DNA of 64,000 bases from Patescibacteria group bacterium (lineage in GTDB: Bacteria; Patescibacteriota; Patescibacteriia; JAQUQO01). Numbering within the stretch: position 1 is the stretch's first letter; every line of letters begins with the position of its first letter. Where the stretch lies: assembly GCA_028716045.1 (NCBI GenBank), contig JAQUQO010000001.1:632961-696960 (forward strand), written 5' to 3'. Under the pieces are notes generated by a model. That model worked only from the letters and a program-made list of their open reading frames with translations, was not told where the DNA came from and searched no databases. The position numbers and the translations under genes were made by a program. Shown piece by piece: positions 58,808 through 64,000 of the stretch.

Positions 58808-60796
58808 CTAATGGTTAAAAATATCCAAACTAACCGGGCTGGCTAAAACTTTTTCTTCGTCAATCACCTGCTTTATTGAACCCATTCTATCAAGCTCGTT
58901 GCCACCTTTAATTTGGACTAAATTTATTTCCAATTTATACTCCCCGGCCAACAAGCGATTTTTTATTTCTTCCGAGAAATTCCACCAATAGTTAGTTTTG
59001 ATAATCATATTCGCCGGCCATTCATTCGGCGGATAAAGTCCGTAGTTAAAAGGTAATAACTCGCGCTCCATAATTTGTCCTCCTTCGTCAACAACGCGAC
59101 GGCTGATAAAATACTCGTCTTTGGACTCGCGAGAATTCTCCCAAAATAAAGAAATGGGAATCAAATCGCTCGCGGCTATCTCGGATGTTTGATAGCCCAA
59201 AAAGTTAATTCCGCTTTCGGAAACGATTTTGTTGTTTTTAAAATTTTCCACTGGCAAACTATCCGGCAGTTCATAAAGTTCAACTTTTTCCGCGGTATTT
59301 TTTTGAAAAAGAACTAAATTATCAATAACTTTTACCGCGCCTAAATTATTTTTCAAAATCTCTTCTCTTAAACGATTATCTCCCGACTCATAGATATTCC
59401 AAAGATGTTTGTGCAAAAAAAAATTAAAATAAAATGACACTATTTCTCTGGAATCTAAAATCAAATACTCGGTATTCTCCGGCAAACGATATGGGGTAAA
59501 CCCGAACTGTTGCTTGCCGTAAAAAACGTAATTTAGGGCATAAAGGTCTTTTCTTAAAGAAAGGTTGGAACGCAAACTCCAAGAAGCGGCTACCGGCTCT
59601 TCCGACGGTATTTCTTTTATAACTTCTCTTGAGTTAATCCTATCTAAAGCTATTTGCTCATTGCCAAATTTAGCAAAAAATTCCGGCAACGGACCAAGAG
59701 CTAAATTTAAATATAAAATACCCGCCGCCAGAGAAACCCAAAAAACATCTGCTCTTTTTTTATAAAAATTGCCAGAAGAAATTTTATTCAGGCCAAAAAT
59801 GAAAGCCACAACAATTCCCAAAAGAAAAAACAATCCATATTGCGTACGCAAAATCGTATCACTGCCTCCGGCTTCCGCTAAAGCAATTTGTAAAAACGGG
59901 GGTAAAGCCAACAAAAGATATTTTGGTTTTAAAAATGGGATGTAAAAAAATGGCGCTAGCAGCCCAAAAATCATCAACCAATTTCCCGGGCGAACCAAAT
60001 GCGCCGCCACAGCGCCAAAATGAGGAAAAAAATTCAATATCATTTCCGGGAAAGAACTGCCCAGCCAGCCGTAAAAAGCGACAAATTTATAACTGCCGGC
60101 CGGAGAAAAATGATTGATTACTTGCAGGGAAAAAATGAACCAACCCGCGCCCAAAAGAAATGATGTTAAAACAAAACGCCAACTTTTTCTTTCCCATAAA
60201 GACAAAAATCCAAACATCAAAACTATTAAAGCCGTATCCTCGCGCACGAATAACGCCAGAAGAATAAAAACAAAATAAGGCCAAAATCTATTGCTGTAAT
60301 AAAAATAAAAAGCCCAGAGCAAAAAGAAAAGGGCCAAGGGATAAAGATGGACTTCGTATAAATTAATATTATGTAAGACCGGATTTAAAAGATAAATGGC
60401 GGCGAGGGCGAGGGGCAGCCATTTTTTATATTTTTCATCAACGAATATCTTTTGGGTAATTTTGTAAACCGGCCAAGCGCCGAGCGCCAAAAAAATCGTC
60501 TGCAAAACCAGTAAAAAAAGCGGCGACTGCCAAAAATAATACAACGGCGCTAACAATAAGATAATCGGCTCAAAATGGTCGCCCAGATAAGTCGGTGGGT
60601 GGATAGAAAGCCCGAACCAATCGCCGTGGACCGTATTGTAAAAAGTATTGTTAAAAATCGCCAAATCCAATCCGTTGTATAAAAAATTATCGTACTTCCA
60701 AAAAGAGATAAAAGAAAAAGCGACGATATAAACAATGATAAGCAGCCCCAGCAGCTTGAAATTATTTTTAATTATCCACTTTAAAATTTTTTGCAT
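58808..60796 (-). CDS. DUF2079 membrane protein (GT-C-like)
   Basis: DLAIFNN, LGDHFEPI, LLVLQT, YEVH, VRED, many TM. Confidence 0.85.
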   Translation of the reverse strand: MQKILKWIIKNNFKLLGLLIIVYIVAFSFISFWKYDNFLYNGLDLAIFNNTFYNTVHGDWFGLSIHPPTYLGDHFEPIILLLAPLYYFWQSPLFLLVLQTIFLALGAWPVYKITQKIFVDEKYKKWLPLALAAIYLLNPVLHNINLYEVHLYPLALFFLLWAFYFYYSNRFWPYFVFILLALFVREDTALIVLMFGFLSLWERKSWRFVLTSFLLGAGWFIFSLQVINHFSPAGSYKFVAFYGWLGSSFPEMILNFFPHFGAVAAHLVRPGNWLMIFGLLAPFFYIPFLKPKYLLLALPPFLQIALAEAGGSDTILRTQYGLFFLLGIVVAFIFGLNKISSGNFYKKRADVFWVSLAAGILYLNLALGPLPEFFAKFGNEQIALDRINSREVIKEIPSEEPVAASWSLRSNLSLRKDLYALNYVFYGKQQFGFTPYRLPENTEYLILDSREIVSFYFNFFLHKHLWNIYESGDNRLREEILKNNLGAVKVIDNLVLFQKNTAEKVELYELPDSLPVENFKNNKIVSESGINFLGYQTSEIAASDLIPISLFWENSRESKDEYFISRRVVDEGGQIMERELLPFNYGLYPPNEWPANMIIKTNYWWNFSEEIKNRLLAGEYKLEINLVQIKGGNELDRMGSIKQVIDEEKVLASPVSLDIFNH

Positions 60797-60852
60797 AATT
60801 TTAAAAGCAGATGTTAGAAAACATCTGCTTTTTACCTAACTTATTGGAAATT

Positions 60853-61398
60853 TTAACAAGAGGATTGGTCGCCATGTTCGCATTTGCATTTATAATCCCA
60901 CGGTTCACATTGAGTTTCCCATTCTTTGATTTCGCTTTCTGATGGATTTTCCAGAGCAATATTTTTAATGACATTCTCCACGATAAAAATCCAAATGGAG
61001 ACTGACAGTAAAACTATGGCTATGCCGATGACGCCGTTAAACAATAACTTTTTAGCTTTTTCTATATTTTGCTCATTCCCGCCGGCCGTCATCCAGACAA
61101 AACCGGCGTATACAATCACTCCCAAAAACACCAGGCCTAAAAACCCGCCGGCATATCTGATAAGCGTAGCCATAAAAAGAAAAATGTTGTTAACTCTGCT
61201 GGAAGAAAAATACAATGTCTCGCCGGCCGTAGCGCCCAATTGCTTTTCTATATCTTGCTCACCGCTTTTATCTAAAAACAACGGCCGATTGATATCCGGC
61301 GTGGTTTGCAAGGCCTGCACGGTGTTGCTTACAAAAATCAAACCGAAAAATAGAATCACTGCGGAAATAAAAATTATACCTAATTGCTTCTTACTCAT
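60853..61398 (-). CDS. TrbC/VirB2-like pilin with Cys-rich tail
   Basis: YAGFVWMTAGGNEQNIEKAKK core between two TM. Confidence 0.85.
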   Translation of the reverse strand: MSKKQLGIIFISAVILFFGLIFVSNTVQALQTTPDINRPLFLDKSGEQDIEKQLGATAGETLYFSSSRVNNIFLFMATLIRYAGGFLGLVFLGVIVYAGFVWMTAGGNEQNIEKAKKLLFNGVIGIAIVLLSVSIWIFIVENVIKNIALENPSESEIKEWETQCEPWDYKCKCEHGDQSSC

Positions 61399-61406
61399 AA
61401 TACAAA

Positions 61407-61865
61407 TTATTTGACTTTCACGCCCGCGCCTATGGTTTTTTGCGAAATCGCCTCGTATAAAATGCGGTTGATGGTGTAAGTAATACTAACCGAGAGAAAA
61501 ATAATCAAAACCGCTATCACCGCGTTGACTATCATTTTTTTAGCTTTGCCAAGCTGGTCTTCGTTGCCGCCGGCCGTCAGCCATAAATATCCGCCGTAAA
61601 TCATCAAAATAACAAAAATAAAGCCCACAAAGAGCAAAACGTATTGGATGAGGGAAACGATTACTAAGCGAATGTCTTGGCTTTCGCCCGTGGCATATTT
61701 GGCTTCTTTGCCGGCTTCACCTAATTGGTTGAGGGGGCTTAGAACAGAAGTTCCTCCTTCGCCGAACGTCGGCTCCTGAGCCAGGGAAATCTGCGGCTGA
61801 CAAAAAATAAAAAAAGCCCCGGATAAAACAGCGGCTGTGATTGTTAGAATTAAAAAATGTTTCAT
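61407..61865 (-). CDS. TrbC/VirB2-like pilin
   Basis: YGGYLWLTAGGNEDQLGKAKK. Confidence 0.85.
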   Translation of the reverse strand: MKHFLILTITAAVLSGAFFIFCQPQISLAQEPTFGEGGTSVLSPLNQLGEAGKEAKYATGESQDIRLVIVSLIQYVLLFVGFIFVILMIYGGYLWLTAGGNEDQLGKAKKMIVNAVIAVLIIFLSVSITYTINRILYEAISQKTIGAGVKVK

Positions 61866-61874
61866 AATCGCTGG

Positions 61875-62273
61875 CTAAACAAAAATGGCGACAATCGTTC
61901 TGGTAATAATATAGGCAGCCATCGTAATACCCAAACCAATACTGGCGTCAATAATGATGGTTTTTGATTTGGTAATCTTTTCTTCATTGCCCCGGGCGAG
62001 CATCCAATTGACACCTCCGTAAACCACTAAAACCAAAAAAATCGTGCCTACTAGCACTAAAAGCGCGCCGATGCCCCCACCTACTCTGGCCGCGAGCGTC
62101 GTTTCTCCCACCTCTCCAAATCCGCCCGCGCCCACCCCGGCGGCGGTTTTTAATCTTTCAAAATAACTTTCTTTAAAACTTTTCGGTTCTGCGGCCAATA
62201 AAACAGCCGGAAAAAAATAAACAGCGGCTAATAAAAAATATCTTATTTCTTTGAAAAAATTAAATTTCGCCAT
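61875..62273 (-). CDS. TrbC/VirB2-like pilin
   Basis: YGGVNWMLARGNEEKITKSK. Confidence 0.85.
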   Translation of the reverse strand: MAKFNFFKEIRYFLLAAVYFFPAVLLAAEPKSFKESYFERLKTAAGVGAGGFGEVGETTLAARVGGGIGALLVLVGTIFLVLVVYGGVNWMLARGNEEKITKSKTIIIDASIGLGITMAAYIITRTIVAIFV

Positions 62274-62276
62274 AAT

Positions 62277-62702
62277 TTAGGTAGAAAATAAAAACGTGGA
62301 AACTGTCCAAACGATGGCGTAAGCCAAAAATATGACAATAAGACCGGTAACGGCGTTTCTAATGATTCCCTTGGACTTGTCTATAATTTCGGATTCGCCT
62401 CTGGCCGTCATCCACTTTACTCCTCCGTAAACCATCAAGACAAGAAAAACTACGCCTATCACTGATAATAAACCGACAATCGCTCCGGCAATCTTTGATT
62501 CTAAACTATCACCCGTTCTTAACCCGGCCTTTTCAGCTGCTGAACCCAAAATATCAGTGGCATCTTTAAAATTTGTCTGCATGTCAGGGTTAGGTTCGGA
62601 TTGCCCAACATTATCATCGGCAAAAACTGCCGGTGAAGAACAAAACATTAAGCAGAAAAAAAATCCCAATAGAATAATTGTAAAAATACTTCTCGTTGTC
62701 AT
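62277..62702 (-). CDS. TrbC/VirB2-like pilin
   Basis: YGGVKWMTARGESEIIDKSK; start likely MTTRS. Confidence 0.85.
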   Translation of the reverse strand: MTTRSIFTIILLGFFFCLMFCSSPAVFADDNVGQSEPNPDMQTNFKDATDILGSAAEKAGLRTGDSLESKIAGAIVGLLSVIGVVFLVLMVYGGVKWMTARGESEIIDKSKGIIRNAVTGLIVIFLAYAIVWTVSTFLFST

Positions 62703-62706
62703 AAAT

Positions 62707-63138
62707 TTAACCGCCTCCAAAAATTAATCTATTAAGCACAAACTCCACTATAAAATAAGAAAGGGCCACGACCACAACGCCAATAATCGCATTGACGATT
62801 GTATCCTTGGATTTTTCCACTTTTTGTTCATTCCCCCTAGCAATCATCCAATTGATACCGCCATAAATCATCAATATTAAAAATATCACTCCGACAAAGG
62901 TCAAAGCTGAACCAAGTAAACTTCCTATTAATGCCGCTAAATTTGTTGAAGTTGCTAACTCTCCTTCCTCGGCTCCGGGAATACCGGCCTCTTTGGCTGT
63001 CGTACCCAATCCATAATCATCATTCTTCTCCTGCGCGGCGGAAGGCAAAACGCCAAACCACCCAAAAATCAAAAAAGCCACTAAAAAAATAATGGCTAAA
63101 GAAAAAATTGAATAAATTTTCTTATCCTTGCTTTTCAT
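62707..63138 (-). CDS. TrbC/VirB2-like pilin
   Basis: YGGINWMIARGNEQKVEKSK. Confidence 0.85.
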   Translation of the reverse strand: MKSKDKKIYSIFSLAIIFLVAFLIFGWFGVLPSAAQEKNDDYGLGTTAKEAGIPGAEEGELATSTNLAALIGSLLGSALTFVGVIFLILMIYGGINWMIARGNEQKVEKSKDTIVNAIIGVVVVALSYFIVEFVLNRLIFGGG

Positions 63139-63193
63139 TGGAAATATTCATTAGGCCCCTTGTCTTATAAAAACAAGGGGCCCGTATTAGATA

Positions 63194-63571
63194 TTAGCTG
63201 GTGGCTTCAATCAATCCCCTGATAACAAAGGTGGCGATGGAATAAGCGGCTAAAACAATGGCTAAACCAATGACACCCTGCATCAAAAGCTTCTTCGCTT
63301 CGCTGACTTTATCTTCATTGCCCGCGGCAGTCATCCATTTAAATCCGCCGACTAAAATAATCACTACTGCCAGAGTTCCGAGAAAGCCCATTATCACCTT
63401 GATAATATTGGCGATGGTCTCGCGAATATCGGTGCTGGTCAATCCGGTTTGAGTCAAATACTCCAGACCGGGGTCAATATCCGTTTGCGCCAAGACCGCT
63501 CCCGGCAAAATCACTAAGGCAAAAAGGACAAAAAATCCCATTGCCCAAGAAAAAAGCGTTTTTAACTTCAT
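63194..63571 (-). CDS. TrbC/VirB2-like pilin
   Basis: GGFKWMTAAGNEDKVSEAKK; hairpin GGCCCCTTG/CAAGGGGCC follows. Confidence 0.88.
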   Translation of the reverse strand: MKLKTLFSWAMGFFVLFALVILPGAVLAQTDIDPGLEYLTQTGLTSTDIRETIANIIKVIMGFLGTLAVVIILVGGFKWMTAAGNEDKVSEAKKLLMQGVIGLAIVLAAYSIATFVIRGLIEATS

Positions 63572-63611
63572 AATTGTTAATTTCCTTATTTAAAAATTAT
63601 TTAAAATCGTC

Positions 63612-63950
63612 TTATTTTTGCGTCAAAGTTGCTATAACAAAACCGACTAAGATATAACTGGCGAAAATGATAACCAGCCCGATGGCCGACCAAAGCAAAA
63701 TATCCCTGCCTTTCTTTATTTTATCAGCATTTCCGGCTGATGTCAACCAAATTAATCCTCCGTAAATGAACATTGCCAGGGCGATAGAGCCAACAATCCC
63801 CATAATCGCTTTAATAACACCGCCGATGGCTGTTTGCGGGTCACTAAATTTTAACGGATTTTTAAGTTGAATCGCGGCATAAACCGGCATAAACGACAAA
63901 AAAAATACGGTTAGGCTGATAAAAACGTTTCTTAAAACTTTCCTAAACAT
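63612..63950 (-). CDS. TrbC/VirB2-like pilin
   Basis: LKNPL, YGGLIWLTSAGNADKIKKGR. Confidence 0.88.
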   Translation of the reverse strand: MFRKVLRNVFISLTVFFLSFMPVYAAIQLKNPLKFSDPQTAIGGVIKAIMGIVGSIALAMFIYGGLIWLTSAGNADKIKKGRDILLWSAIGLVIIFASYILVGFVIATLTQK

Positions 63951-63960
63951 AATTAAGAAA

Positions 63961-63999
63961 TTATTCTTCTTCCACTTGATAATTTTTAGCCCCTTCTTC
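63961..63999 (-). CDS. 3' end of a gene starting beyond the window
   Basis: EEGAKNYQVEEE-stop ending 11 nt before the next pilin ATG. Confidence 0.45.
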   Translation of the reverse strand, partial: EEGAKNYQVEEE

Positions 64000-64000
64000 C

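Overview
A 64-kb stretch of an AT-rich bacterial chromosome using the standard code. Gene content suggests Patescibacteria/CPR, Parcubacteria-like (inference): a tandem VirB2-type pilin array, archaeal-type PGI/PMI, DUF2090 aldolase, rpsO-NYN-pnp order, and core genes lacking Shine-Dalgarno sites. Housekeeping genes (gpmI, pyk, groES/EL with CIRCE, nusA, yidC, uppP, sod, valS-tyrS-argS, uvrD/pcrA, comM, lspA, pnp, rpsO, Xer-type recombinase, gpsA) are interleaved with orphan single-gene units, and there are 7 intact tRNAs. The most striking signal is at the tRNA loci. A complete tRNA-Val(UAC) sits inside the D-loop of a second, fully paired tRNA-Val(UAC). A tRNA-Ile(UAU) sits inside the decayed shell of a related tRNA. 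tRNA-Asp and tRNA-Leu are each preceded by damaged copies interrupted by short GC-rich palindromes. Related palindromes occur as in-frame inserts in ValRS, ArgRS and UvrD. Other highlights are a ~380-nt promoter-to-terminator unit with many stems and no ORF (candidate unknown ncRNA), a zinc-ribbon insertion in TyrRS, a probable remote DGR target protein, and a 38-aa tandem-repeat protein. All calls are by eye; no database searches or folding programs were run.
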